Made by a program: the position numbers and the translations under genes. Below, one piece after another: positions 23,650 through 39,690 of a DNA stretch of 64,000 nt (position 1 is the stretch's first letter; the number at the start of each line of letters is the position of its first letter). This DNA is from the human T2T-CHM13v2.0 reference genome, Homo sapiens: the NCBI RefSeq assembly GCF_009914755.1, contig NC_060937.1, one strand, 5' to 3'. The notes under the pieces were generated by a model. That model made no database searches and was not told the DNA's origin. It saw nothing but the letters and a program-made list of their open reading frames with translations.

Positions 23650-26340
23650 TGTTTCCTGTTTCTAATCTTTCTTTCCTGGAAGTAAGCTTCAGTAGTGTTA
23701 CTGCAGGCCTGTCTTTATTCATCCAGCTCTTAGAGAGATGGAGTATTTTATTTAATTCTCATCTTTGAGAAGAATCAGTGAACCTACTTGACGTGGCTCC
23801 AACTGTTTTTCTGTTGAGAATGAGCCTATGTGTAAGTAGTCAGGCTTCTTGCCTGTAAGGAGGCCTAAAGTCTAGCACTGCCCCCACCTAAAACCGTGTC
23901 TTCTGGCCTAATTTCTATCAGTAACAGGTTATATTTTGGCTTCCCACTGAATCTGTTTTGTTGATCTCAACTTGTTCTAAGCAGAGCATAGAATAATGGT
24001 GCCATTTATTGGGGAGTAACCCTCAGAAACCTCAAAATTTGGTATATTCACCAGGAACATTGAGAAATAATAATAAAAGAGAAAGTTTGGAAGGAGAAAG
24101 TTTTTGTGCATCCAAGGCCTACAAATGTGGGTCTTGGACTTTAGGGATTAAATGTATTGAGTATAATAGTTTATAAAGACTTATAATAGTTTATAGAGAC
24201 TTATTTTAGGTCAAACTGATTTTTACTTGTTTGCATTTGGCTTTGAACTTCTGTAGCCTGGGAAGAAAGCTCTGGCTGTCATGAGGAATTTTAAGCTTGG
24301 CAGGTGACTGCAACCTATGACTTATGCAACTCGTGAGAAAATAAGACACAGTCCTTTAGCTGTGTTGGGTGCTTCAGGTAGAGACTGCTTTAGCTTAATG
24401 CACAGACCAACCTTGTCCTAAATTGAGACAAGATTCCATTGTAGAGAAGAGTTTTACAGGCATTTTAAACATTGGTGGTCAGAAGAATATTTGCCACTTT
24501 TAAACTGCAAGGCAACTAGCTCTGCATGTGTAACAGAGCACTAGAGGGGCTCTAGGTCTACATGGTTAGTACCAAGACCAGCTAGATAATCTAGATTGGG
24601 TATTCCAGATTCAAGAGAAGACCTCTTTCAGGATCAAGGAGGGCTGTGAAGGCACCTGCTAACCTTTCATGTGGCATTTCCACAGACTTTTAAGACTCCC
24701 TCTCCCATTATAGAATCCCAAATTGGCTCTGAATACATTAATATCTTAAGTTCTAACCCTGACTTGCTATCTGAGACCCAAATTGTGATTTCACCATAGA
24801 TGTGCATTAGACTTTATTAATTAGGAAATAAGAGATATGAACTCTTATTAGAAAGAAATTGCTATCCCCTTGAGACAGAAAATCAACTAAATGACATTAT
24901 TAGAAACCCAAACACAAGGATATCAAAGTGTTCTGTGCCTGCAACTGGTTGCCTCCAATTATCCCATTTGCTCAAGAAAAGAAAAAACTAGAGTGGTTAA
25001 AAGATGGTACTTCAGTTCCATTAAATCCAGAAACAGAGGAAGATTAATAAAGGAAAGTAGGCAGGATACGCTGGAGGAAGAGATTATTTATTCACTAAGA
25101 AAGAGTACAGGGAGAAAGGTACGTTGAAGATGGAGTTAGACCAACATACAAGGGGCAGAAAAAGGTACCTAAATTCTAACTGCTTTTAAAGAGGGAAATA
25201 TATGTTTGTTGTTACTAAATCATAAATGGTGTATGGAACCCAAGAGAGAGAAGTCCAGGATGATAACCCTAAGAAAACCCAAGTCACTGAGAGGTGACTT
25301 TCTAAACCCACAGGACCTCACTTGGAGCAACTGGGGAACTACTACTTAAAGACTGGAACAGCTGTACCAAGGAGTTGTAGAAATCTGGACAGACTTAGAA
25401 AATGCATAAGAGATATTCAAAGCATTTCTTACGTGAGTTTCCATGTGACACAGTCATCACGGGGAGATACAAGCATTGCATTTACTCTGAGAGAACTTAT
25501 TGACCTTAGTTGATGAATTTATGAAATTAGGATCTTAATGGAAGGTAGTAGAAAGATACGAAGAAATGTAGATGTGACAATCAGAGACCAAGTTCAGGTT
25601 TTTGTTAACTGTCTGATGGAAGAATCTCTCTTGGGGAGATTATCCATGTCATTGAGAGTATGGTAAACAAAATCTGAACGGTGAACAGAGAGCTTGTTGA
25701 TTTCTTCTCTCTTACTATGGTAGACCTCACAGATGAATCCAGAGTAGTTATAAAAATAATTGCCTGAGACGGAAAGCAAAGACAAAGTAAATGGAAGGGA
25801 GCCACTCAGTTCCTGCAGGCAGCATTAGCTCTTACATAGACTAGAGAAGAAAAAGGACTGGTTTAAGAAGTAGACTAAATTGTTAAGAAACTCAAGTAGC
25901 CTTGAAAGGGGTTGGGGACTAGCACAGGGAAATTAAATACCAATGCATCAGAAATTTAATTTCAGAAGCAACAAAACTGCTTTAGTGCAGGAATCTATTA
26001 GTGGTGATTCTTCAGCTAAGATGAATTATGAATGAAGAAGTATTTCCTAGCAGATGGGTTTCATGTCCCAAGTAGTTCCATAGCTACAGATGGTGGAAAT
26101 AGCCCCTGTGGCACAGGACTAAGAATGGCTGCCCCTGAGAGATGGTGCAGGTGTGGCATGGATTAGAGACTGAATCTAGGGCACCATCAAGGGCTTAAAA
26201 ACCTAAGATTCTATGGGAAAATGGAAATAGAGGTTCTGGGTATGCTTGATGGGAAGAAAGAACCCACAGTGATTTTGGGGACTGGCTGCTGCTATTTCAG
26301 GTGTCTATTTCAAGTTTGCAAGGAGACAGAAATGCCTGAA
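23650..26340 (+). mobile_element. Probable ancient Ty3/gypsy (MamGyp-like) LTR and internal region with decayed PNMA-like gag
   Basis: Colinear degraded motifs: QDQGGL*R (~24629), WCMEPKREKSRMITLRKPKSLRGDFLN (25227-25307), QVQVFVNCL..GDY (~25589) and REEK (~25844). Confidence 0.5.
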
Positions 26341-26344
26341 ATGA

Positions 26345-26765
26345 TACTATTAAAAAAGAAGGAAGAACCAAGGCCATAGTTTAGATATACCCCAGGGCCA
26401 ACTGCCCATAACCATGTAGTCAAAACTTAAAAGTCATCCTGATTTCCCCATAATGCTAGCTCTAATCATGACGGAAACAAAACATAAGCTCTATGAACAT
26501 GGTTCAGTTGAAATCAAAACAATCGACTAGCGACAAATGAGCTTAAACAACTCTACTTCCCTAAAAGGGATGGTAATATACAACAGGCAAGAAAAAAAAG
26601 GTTAAAATACTCCTCCTTTGTGCTTTATAATCTGCGCTGTGGCTGCTTTTCTTGAGGCTTCTTACTACTTTCAGTTTGAAGTCTCCCAGTTTGAGAACTG
26701 TTCTTAGTGTGCACAATAAACTTTTAACATTTTTTCTAAGTTGATCTGATTTTATATTTCTTAAT
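26345..26765 (+). mobile_element. ERV1-type solo LTR (LTR37-like)
   Basis: ACCAAGGCCATAGTTTAGA..CCCATAACCATGTAG..AAGTCATCCTGATTTCCC; TATAA at ~26626 and AATAAA at ~26715. Confidence 0.5.
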
Positions 26766-26827
26766 GCTCCGAGCAAGCACACAGGAAACATAGATGGATT
26801 TTTTTTCCCACAAAAATGGAAATGTAA

Positions 26828-27997
26828 AGAAATGGTGTCTATGTGCCTTATTTTCTTTACCCAGTCTACCATTGACGGGCATTTAGGTTGATTCCATGTC
26901 TTTGCTATTGTGAATAGTGCTGCAGTGAACGTATGTGTGTGTGTCTTTATGATAGAAGGATTTATAATCCTTTGGTATATACCAGTAATGGGATTGCTTG
27001 GTGGAATAATAGTTCTATTTTTAGGTCTTTGAGGAAGTGCCACACTGCATTCCACAATGGTTGAACTAATTTACCCTCCCACCAGCAGTGTATAAGCATT
27101 CCCTTTTCTCTGCAACCTTGCCAGCACTGGTTATTTTTTGATTTTTTAACAATAGCCATTTTGAGTGATGTGAGATGGTATCTCGTTGTGGCTTTGATTT
27201 ACATTTCTTTCATGATCAGTGATGCTGAACTTTTTTTCATATGCTTGTTGGCTGTATGTGTGTCTTCTTTTGAAAAGTGTCTGTTCATGTCCTTTGCCCA
27301 TATTTAATGAGCTTGTTTTTGTCTTGTAAATTTAAGTTTTTTATAGGTGCTGGATATTAGACCTCTGTCTGATGCATAGTTTGCAAAAACGTTCTACCAT
27401 TCTCTAGGTTATCTGTTTAGTTTGCTGATAGTTTCTTTTGCTGTGCAGAAGCTCTTTAGTTTAATTAGATCTCATTTGTCAGTTTTTGCCTTTGTTGCAG
27501 TTGCTTTTAGCATCTTTGCCATTAGATCTTTGCCCATTCCTATGTCCAGAATGACATTTCGTAGGTTGTCTTCCAGGGTTTTTATAGCTTTGGGTTTTAC
27601 ATTTAAGTCTTAATCCATCTTGAGTTGGTTTTCATATATGGTATAAGGAAGTAAAACAGTCTCAATGTCCTTTGCAGCAACACAGATGGAGCAGGAGGCC
27701 ATTTTCTTTAGCAAACTAATTCAGGAACAGAAAACCAAATACCACAAGTTTTTATTTATAAGTGGGAGTTAAATGAAGAGAAGAGATGGACACAGACAGG
27801 TAAACAGCAGACACTGGAGCCCACCAGAAGGTGGAGGGTGGGAGGAGAAGAGGATCAGGAAAAATAACGAATGGGTATTAGGCTTAATACCTGGATGATG
27901 AGATAATCTGTACAACAAACACCCATGACACAAATTTACCTATGTAACAAACCTGCACATGTATACCTGAACTTAAAATAAAAGTTAAAAAACTGAT
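26828..27997. mobile_element. 5'-truncated, 5'-inverted primate L1 (older L1PA/L1PB)
   Basis: Antisense ORF2 C-terminus at 26830-27651, then sense 3' end with A-rich tail. 12-bp TSD ATGGAAATGTAA at 26816-26827 and 27998-28009. Confidence 0.9.
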
Positions 27998-29824
27998 ATG
28001 GAAATGTAATTGTAAATGGTAAATGCAAAATAAATGTATTCCTGGGAGAATATTTTTCCACTGGGCTTAAGTAAGCAAGTCATGGAATACAGACAATTGG
28101 TCTTGAATGAGAGACGTCTGTTGAGATTGACTCCAGAAAGATTTTCCTTTTCTCTCAGATACCAGGATTACTGGGGTCCTGGTAGCTCTGGTTCTGGAAA
28201 TGCAATTTTGCCTGGAATAATTGACCTATGCACAGGAGATTGGCTTTCTAAATTGGGTGCGTGTGACAAAGAGGTGTGGTAATTTTGTGAGTCCTGTTAG
28301 CTGTTTTGATTCTTTAAAAGTAAGGCCCCTGAGAGACTGGGCATTGAATTACTATGACTTGAAAGGCTTTGGAAGCTCCAGACCCATTCCAGAGAGAGAC
28401 AGGTGGTTACTGGAGGAACCTCAACTCTACCCAGACAGCAAATCCTGCCAACTAAGCCTGCAGAAAAGATGATATGAAGGGGAAGGGTATTTGTTTTGTA
28501 AGTGGACTTTGTACTTTGAATTTTAATACATGGGGCAAGAGAATTTTATTTCAAACTTTAGTACTTTTAGATTTTCATGTCTTTGAACTTAAACTTGTAA
28601 AGCAATCTAATCTTTAGACATAAATTTATTCCTTGGAATTTAATAATAGCAAGGAAATTGTCTTCAAATAAGAGGCATCTCTTTATAGATGTTTGGTTAT
28701 TGGAATATCTTCAAGATAGCGTCCAATCTCATTGCGGAATCTCTGACATGCTACATTAGACAGTATGCCTGGACATAATTTTGGACAGAAAATAGAATAG
28801 GGGATACATTTTCAGCTCTTCCTACAGAATGGACTCAAAGCTGACATATGGAATGTATGGTTCTGACTCACTGCAGATTCTTCTGGGGATGACATTTAAG
28901 CCGCCTGCCCTTGGAACCTCAAGGAAACACAAGTCAGCAGAGCTCAGTGCAGGGTGTGGGCTCATGGAGATGGGAGCAATGCTCTCCCAAGGCAATCAGC
29001 ATCTCTGGCTGACCATAGGCTTCATGTTTAAGCCCAGTGAATTAAGAAGATGAAAAACTGGGGAGTGTTAGTGGGGCTAACATTAAAATTAAAATTAATA
29101 TTTTTGCTTCATTTTCTCCTCTTTTGTTTGAACGTTTGATATAAATCTTGGCTCTCTTTGCTCATTAAAACCCAGTGTGGTAACCTTTTCAGAGTCCTTA
29201 ATTTCCTAATATGAAATGTGATTCAATTCAACAAACAGTTGTTCAGCACTTATTGTATATTTCTGTTCTGGGTACTAGGAATATAGAAATAAATAATATT
29301 GCATTAGATGCTGACTTTATTTACATGTTTGAGTCCAATAATATAAAAGTACATAAATCTTAAGGACAGCATGAAGAGAAAGTGATCATCCTGTCTGGGA
29401 GTTTGGAGGTAGACAGCTTTCATCAAAAAGGGAATTTTTGAGCAAAATGGTTAAGCAGAGAAAGCGTATTTTTAACAGAGGGACTGGCACATAATTAACA
29501 CATGGGGAAATGATGTGCATGTTTTATCAAGATACTAACATGAGTTGACAGTTCCTGAGGATAATTTCTATATTGTGAAATAAGGATGGAGCGGAAGGGA
29601 CCAGATCATAACCATCTCGGAAGCTGAGATGTGGACATTATTTTATGGATGACCAGCCTTAATCCAGAGAGATTTGATGAAGTTTACAAAATAGAGCAGC
29701 TTGGCCAAATGACTTCTCCATTTCTTTTTAGCTTCACAGTCTTCTGTTTTGTGTCTTGGTCTCCTACTGTAGCTTGAGAATACTTAATTCTCAGCTATTC
29801 CAAATCAGCAGGTACCACACCGCA

Positions 29825-30200
29825 TTTGGTAGGGTTAGGTTTGGCTGCATATAACAGAAAAACCCATAATAAAGAATAACGGTAGATTAAACATGACAGA
29901 ATTGTGTTTTCCTCAGGTAAAAGCAATTCTGCGGCTAGTCTGGCAACTTGGCAAAATTGTTGGTAACCAGGTCCCTTCCCACTCTTCACTTCACAAGCCC
30001 AGGAGCATGAACTTGTCCTCATGTTCTGAGATGGCAGCTGAAACCCCAAATAATCACGTTCATGTTCCAGGATGGAAACTTTTGAGAAGATTTCCTAGAG
30101 GCACCTGATACACTTTTACTTATTTCTCAATGGCAAGAATTTGGACCCACGGTCATACCTACGGTTGGAGAACAGTGGGGCATATGATTGCACTGATTAA
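29825..30200 (-). mobile_element. Old MaLR LTR (MLT1J/K/L-like)
   Basis: GGTTAGGTTTGGCTGCATATAACAGAAAACCC...GATGGCAGCTG...GGTCATACCT. Confidence 0.6.
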
Positions 30201-31330
30201 TTTTTTTTATCGAGAAAAAGTGGAAAATAAATATTGAGATAGACAATTAGCTATCTCTGTTCTATCCATGGAAAAATGAGATATTTATCTATCTATTTAA
30301 GTGGAAATGAACATGGTAGGCTTTCAAAGATTAGAGAAAGAATTTATCCCCAAAATTGTTTTTCTAATTCTGTTTCTTGGACATCTCTTTTTCTTTCAAC
30401 TGTAGCATCGCAGTCCCTGAATTTGAAACTCCATTCACAACATACAGTATACACATCCTCAAATGCTGAATGCACACTCAGTCGTATGTGTCCACAGCAT
30501 CCTTCTCTCCCTGACTTCTGGGACTTTGGATGAACTGTGTTGACTGTTTTCACATCCTTTCACATTTATTGTTCCTGGTATAAACGAAATGCCACAAATA
30601 CACCATGATTTTATTTGACACTCAAAAGTCAGGCTTTTGAGACTCAAAAATAACCTTTTGCTTCATGTTTGCTGTGAGAGTCAAAACTCCATTATAAAAC
30701 TCGGAAGCTGAGCATGAACTCTAAATCTGTGTATCGTCTTTTCCCCAAGGCAACATCTAAAGGCCTAAAAGAGAATTGCGATGCAAAACAAGAATTTTGA
30801 GGGATAATAAATGCATTGGTTAATAACAAACCAACCCAACATACTTATAATAGAGACGATAATCAATCTAAATGCCCAATAATGAAAACTAGACATAACA
30901 TTATGATAAAAAGTATAAAGTCATTAAATATTTTGAAGGATTGTAAATAATATCAAAACATTTATATTTTAATGAGTGAAGAGAACAGTATATAAAAGTG
31001 ACTATGTATAGAGATGACAAGTTTAGAAGTATACTCAGAAAAGTCATGAGGAAAAGGAGCATAATTTTAGCAGTGATTGGGTGGCAGACTATGGATAATT
31101 CCTATTTTTTGTTTTCTAAATTTTCCCTCTGAGGAACATGAATTATTTTTATAATAAAGCATTATTAGGATGCACATATATATGTGTGTGCATATATTTA
31201 CAGTTTGAAATAAAAAATAAAGTTGCCATCCCATACGTAATGGTGGATAAATGACTCACTTCTGTCTGGGCATGCCATGGACTGAATTTTGTCCTCAATG
31301 GTGGATAAATGACTCACTTCTGTCTGGGCA

Positions 31331-31724
31331 TGTTATGGACTGAATTTTGTCCCCATCACCCCCAAATTCATATGTTGAAGCCCTAACCACCAATATGAAT
31401 ATGACTATACATGGAGATAGGGCCTTTCAGGAGGTAATTAAGGTTGAATGATGTCATAAGGGTGTGGCCCTAATCTAATAGGACTGGTGACCTCATAAGA
31501 TGAGGAAGAGACACCAGGGGCATGCATAGATGAAAGACCATGTGAGGACAGAGCTTGAAGGTGGTCATCTGCAAGCCAAGGGGACAGTCCTCAGGAGAAG
31601 CCAACCCTGCAGTCACTTGGATCTTGGACTTGCAGCCTCCAGAACCATGAGAAAAATATGTTTCTGTTGTTTAAGCCACTCCACCTGTGGCATTTTGTTT
31701 TGGCAGCTGGAGAAGACTAAGTGT
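31331..31724 (+). mobile_element. MLT1B-like MaLR LTR
   Basis: TGTTATGGACTGAAT...ATATGTTGAAGCCCTAACC...GGACTTGCAGCCTCCAGAAC...TTTAAGCCAC. Confidence 0.85.
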
Positions 31725-32411
31725 GTTGCACTTTTTTTTTTTCTTTTGAGAAGGAAAAAAGCCAGGAGAGAAACTTGAAGTAGCAAAATGGGGACTCAGG
31801 AAAACCAAGGAAGGAGGAGGATGGAGGCTTTTGGCCACCACACACTCACTTGCTTGGAGGGCTAGAATTTGCCCTCCATGACTGCACAAACACATTTAAA
31901 GACATCTACCTTTGAGTGCTCCAGATGTTTGAATCAGTGACTGTATTGCTCCTTACTTGTCCCCTCTGCAGAGGAGGCATTCCCAGTTGCCTCCAATGTG
32001 CATCCTGTGACTTGGACCCCAGACTTCTCTTCCTTCTGGCTGCCTGCTTTGGATGTGTTTTTGCTTATCCCTCGGCTTTTTAATGTGACAATCGACTCCG
32101 CATGTGTCCCAGGCAGCCGTGAGGAGAGAGAAACTCGTTCTTTCCCTGCAGGCCAAGGCAAGGAGAGAAGAAAGGGAAATGAACCGTGTTATATTTCTGT
32201 CTGCAGCATGAGTCCCTGTCATGATTTTCCTCCAATCAGGGAAGGTTACTTTGGCAACCGCCAATTAACGTCCCTTTAAATAACTTCCTCCTGGTTAGTG
32301 ATACTTCATTTTCATAAAACCAGCAAGTCCCGCAGAGATGTCTTAAAGTAGCCAAATCCCTTTTTTTCCCCTTTCTCATTACTTAAGAAACATATTAAAT
32401 ATATATATATA

Positions 32412-32560
32412 TTTTTTTTACCAGGTCTTGCTCTGTTACCCAGGCTGGAGTGCAGTGGTATGATCCTAGCTCATTGTAGGCTACTGCTGGGCTCAAGTGA
32501 TCCTCCCGCCTCAGCCTCCTGAGTAGCTGAGACCACAGGCCAGAGCCACCATACCCAGCT
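32412..32560 (-). mobile_element. Alu monomer (FLAM/FRAM-like)
   Basis: Single antisense arm with TSD AGAAACATATT on both sides. Confidence 0.85.
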
Positions 32561-32796
32561 GAGAAACATATTTGAACAGATCACATAACATTTTAAAATA
32601 TATTGGCATAAAAGTGAAATATACTAGTTAAAGCTTCATGTCATTGTCCTTAAAAAATACTAAGGGGAAAAAGATTTGTAAAATATAAAAATAGAGGTTG
32701 CATGTCAATTTCAAGATTTCTTAGAGCATTGATGATAAAATTTATTTTAATGCGGTGTTGATTTAATAATATCGGTAAAGTGATCTCTCTATTTTA

Positions 32797-33157
<361 letters not shown>

Positions 33158-35408
33158 CGGAAAAATGATCACATTTTTGTGTTTGAAATAGCATGTACAA
33201 TCACTGCACTTCAATGGCAAGGAGGTAGTTCAACCTGTGAGAACACGCACACCTCTACTTAGAGGCTCCCAAAATGATTTTTCACTTAACAATTTTGTAC
33301 CGACACTGTGCCATACCAAAGTACTGCAACCAATTACAGGTATTTACTGCAGAATACCCTTTGCAGTAAAACTAACCCTGAAAATGTAAGAAATTGTTTT
33401 TATGAGCAATAGAAATGCCTATTCTGGAAGCTCTAAGAAACATTAAATTTTACTTCAGGTGTAGAAAGTTGCCTGTGAAAATATGCTTCTTGCAATTTCA
33501 GATGATACAGTAATTCACAGGATTATCAAAACAATGCTGTTGAACAGCAGTATAGATTTATTTAGTTCTATACGTCTCACCTTTAGACATTTTAAGATGA
33601 AGTGTTTGTCCTTTCAATTAATCAAAAATGTTTTCCCTTCCACTTAGCTAAGTCGCTCAGGTCTCTAGCCCTGTCGGCATTTTCTCCCAGATATTTGGCT
33701 GAGTGCCATACTGAAGAATTAGGTCTGGTAATTAAATCCAATCTCAGCAAAGTTTTTTTTTTTTTTTTTTTTGTCTGACACTTTATTTAGGTTTTATGCA
33801 AAATGGAATCCCATAGGGACAGAGAATGAACATGTTGTGAAGTATAATTGCAATGAAATATATTTAACAGTTATTTTTGAAGAAAACGCTTAGAGATTTC
33901 CCGTGACTTGAATCAGCTTCAATGTCTTTATGCAACTTTTTCCATTAATGCTTCCCATCCTTTATGATTAGACTTATTCATCTATTTTCTGCTGGTTTTC
34001 TACATTAATAAGCTGCTTTTGTCAATGATTTTATGTAAATCAGTATGTTTCCCACTGATTCATACACACACATGTCAAAATATTTTAAAAGCGAGACATG
34101 TTATAGGTTAAAATATACAGGTAAATATAATATGTATGTATTACATATTCATGTATTTTTGACATTCTATATTTTGATATATTCATATATCTTCATATAC
34201 ATATTGAAAAGCATATCTTCTATAGCTGTGTCTTAAATTTTCAAGTATTTTGATCTGATCACTTTCTGCAATTGACAATTTAAATGTTCCCAAATTATAC
34301 AAGGAGAAGGAAAATCAGGATCTAAAAATATAATGAGGGTTGCTGTTTTGGAGACACCTCTAAGGCCATCTTACTTAGTCCATTTCCCAAGTTTCCAGCT
34401 GCACTGTTTCATCATAGAATGGAATTTACAAATTGCCTCCCAATGCTGTCAGATTCTATTGTTTATAATAAATTAATTCTTACATGCGTTTCTAAGAAAA
34501 GTTGTGAAAATAATTTTCTGGAGGTCCTTACATATAGTGTTTCCCACAGAGAATGTGTGCGTCTGTTTTGCTGGTTAGTTGGTTAGCATGATTTTGTACC
34601 TAGAAGTACAGTCTTTGGAATGATGTTCCTTCCAGTCATAAAGTGCCTTTAACTGATAGACAGTTTTTCATCACAATAGTTATAACTGCATCAGTAATAT
34701 AATGAATGAAAACAATACATACATATATACACAATGCACATATGCAGATATGAATCTCATGCACAAAATCAGGCAGTTAAGACTGTTTTCATTATTTCTG
34801 TCTCTGGGTTTAATTTCTGTTTGGGGTTCTCACTCTGCTAGGTAACAGACAGTTCATCTTCATGCACATAGCACTCTTCCCCACCCTGCCTAGGTTGCAT
34901 TTATGGGAGGAGGAAGGGTGTTTGGGAGAAGGCAACATGGCTTTGCAATATTCAGGTACTGAGTGGAGCCATATGTTCTGTGGGTCTGTGTCATTTAACC
35001 ACACCTGCATCAGCTGAGCCATTCTCATTCCCATCAGTCTTGAGTCATTTTACCCAGGTAATTGCTGTGTTTTCCTGGTTCCAACCATAAGAATTCTGTC
35101 TCTGTACAGAGGTTGTCCATGCTGTCCATGTGGTTGGCTTCTCCCTGGTACAATGACATCATTCTCTTGCTTGATACTGCGTGGATACACAGGCCTTCCA
35201 TGAAACCGCTAAGTCCTTTGTTCCAGATTTGTTACTGCCCTGCTGTATAAGTACTCTATGCTTTTTGTATGTGAGGTTGAGAACCCTGGGATCTTGCCAA
35301 TTTTCAGAGTTCTACTGGGCATGGGGCACAGATTTCCTCTACTCTCAGTCTCCCAAACATCTCTCCCGAGGTTTTTGTCATTTCTGCCCCCTCCTCTCTC
35401 TGACTTAG

Positions 35409-35833
35409 CGTATTTAGTCCATTTGCACTGCTATAAAGGAATACCTAAGACTGGATAATTTATAAGGAGAAGAGGTTTATTTTGGCTCATGGTTCTGCAG
35501 CCTGTACAAGCATGTCACCAACATCTGCGTGGCTTCTGGTGAGGGTCTCAGGAAGCTTCCACTCATGGTGGAAGGCGATGGGGGACCTGGAGTATCACAT
35601 TGTGAGAGAGGGAGTGAGAGAACGAGGGAGGAGGTGCCAGGCTCCTTTAAACAAACAGGTCTCCTGTGAACTCGTAGAATGATAAATCATTCATTACCCT
35701 GAGGACAGCACCAAGACCTTCCTAAGGGACCTGCCTTCCTAACCCAAACACCCCCTCCCACTAGGCCCACCTCTAACATTGGGGATCACATTTCAAAATG
35801 AGATTTGGAGGGGACAATTATCCAACCATATCA
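35409..35833 (-). mobile_element. MSTA-like MaLR LTR
   Basis: TTAGTCCATTTGCACTGCTATAAAGGAATACCT...GGCTCATGGTTCTGCAG...TCCAACCATATCA. Confidence 0.88.
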
Positions 35834-36039
35834 TTTAGCCAAAGAATGGAAAGGCTAGGCCTACCTAGAATATCCTCTCAAGAACACGACTGGCATCTAA
35901 TTGTTGTATCCTCTTTCTCTTGTTCTGTCTTCTTTCAGTTCTTGGATTTTTTAGTTAGTTCAGCTGAGAGTAGAGGGTTAGGAATTGGAAGATGGAATAG
36001 CATGAACAGTGATGCTGAAGTGAGCTCATGAAGGGTGGA

Positions 36040-36660
36040 TATGAGAGTGAGTGGAAACTTGTGATTATGTTGGGGAGTGTGACTGGAGGTCAGGGGTGAC
36101 CTGGAGATCTGTTTGGAGAGTTATGGGGCTGGGAGTAAGTTGAGGAGATCACCAGTAGTCTCGAGTTTTCAAACTATAGAATTTTTTTCTTTAGGGTAAT
36201 GAGAAGCCTTTGGAAATTATTGAGCAGAAAGTGATATAATCCAATAAATGGTATAGATTTTAGATACTTTATGGAGTTATTTGATAGGGGATCACATTTC
36301 AACATGAGATTTGGAGGGGACAACTCAAATATGATTCCAAGAACCTAACCTGAGCTATGGTGAGTTATGCAGGAGGAAGGGGAGTTCTGTCTTGGACATA
36401 TGATGTTGCAGAGGCGATTTTGAGATGTAAAGAGAGGTAGAGCCTAGGGATGTATTGATGAAAATAATCGATTGATTGTAGCTCAAACTGTAGAAATAGA
36501 AGAGAGAAGAAGAAAGAGAACAAAATTCATTTTGGAATAGTGAGGAACAGTCAGAAACTGGACAAAGATGCAAAATTAGAAGAATGAAGACATAGAAACA
36601 TAGAAGGAGGATTTCTAAATAGGAGTGTTATCACCAGCATCAGTTGTTGCTGGAGAGGTT
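36040..36660 (-). mobile_element. L2 fragment
   Basis: GGTAATGAGAAGCCTTTGG..GAGCAG; GGAGTTCTGTCTTGGACATATGATG. Confidence 0.6.
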
Positions 36661-36899
36661 TCCAGGGATATAGTGGTTTCACAGTGCACAGTAATCCTCC
36701 CAATTCAAAACACCTGAAAGTTCTATAAAAAATATGAAAAAAAATATTTCTATAATGATTGTGGAAATTGGGAAAGTAAGGGGAATTTGTTGCATGGTGC
36801 CTTTGCCTGAGGGAGTTGCCTTGTAAGAAGCTGTTGTTTCCTTTGTGCTCACCCTCTCTAGTGACAGCTCTAGGTCTGGAATGGGAATGCATGGATTGA

Positions 36900-39689
<2,790 letters not shown>

Positions 39690-39690
<1 letters not shown>

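Noticed and set aside
26561-27159. 164-aa and 65-aa minus-strand ORFs
   Set aside because: Chimeric read-through of decayed L1 ORF2 into flanking LTR sequence.
33753-33772. T20 tract as the tail of a processed pseudogene
   Set aside because: No recognisable adjacent retrocopy or TSD was found.
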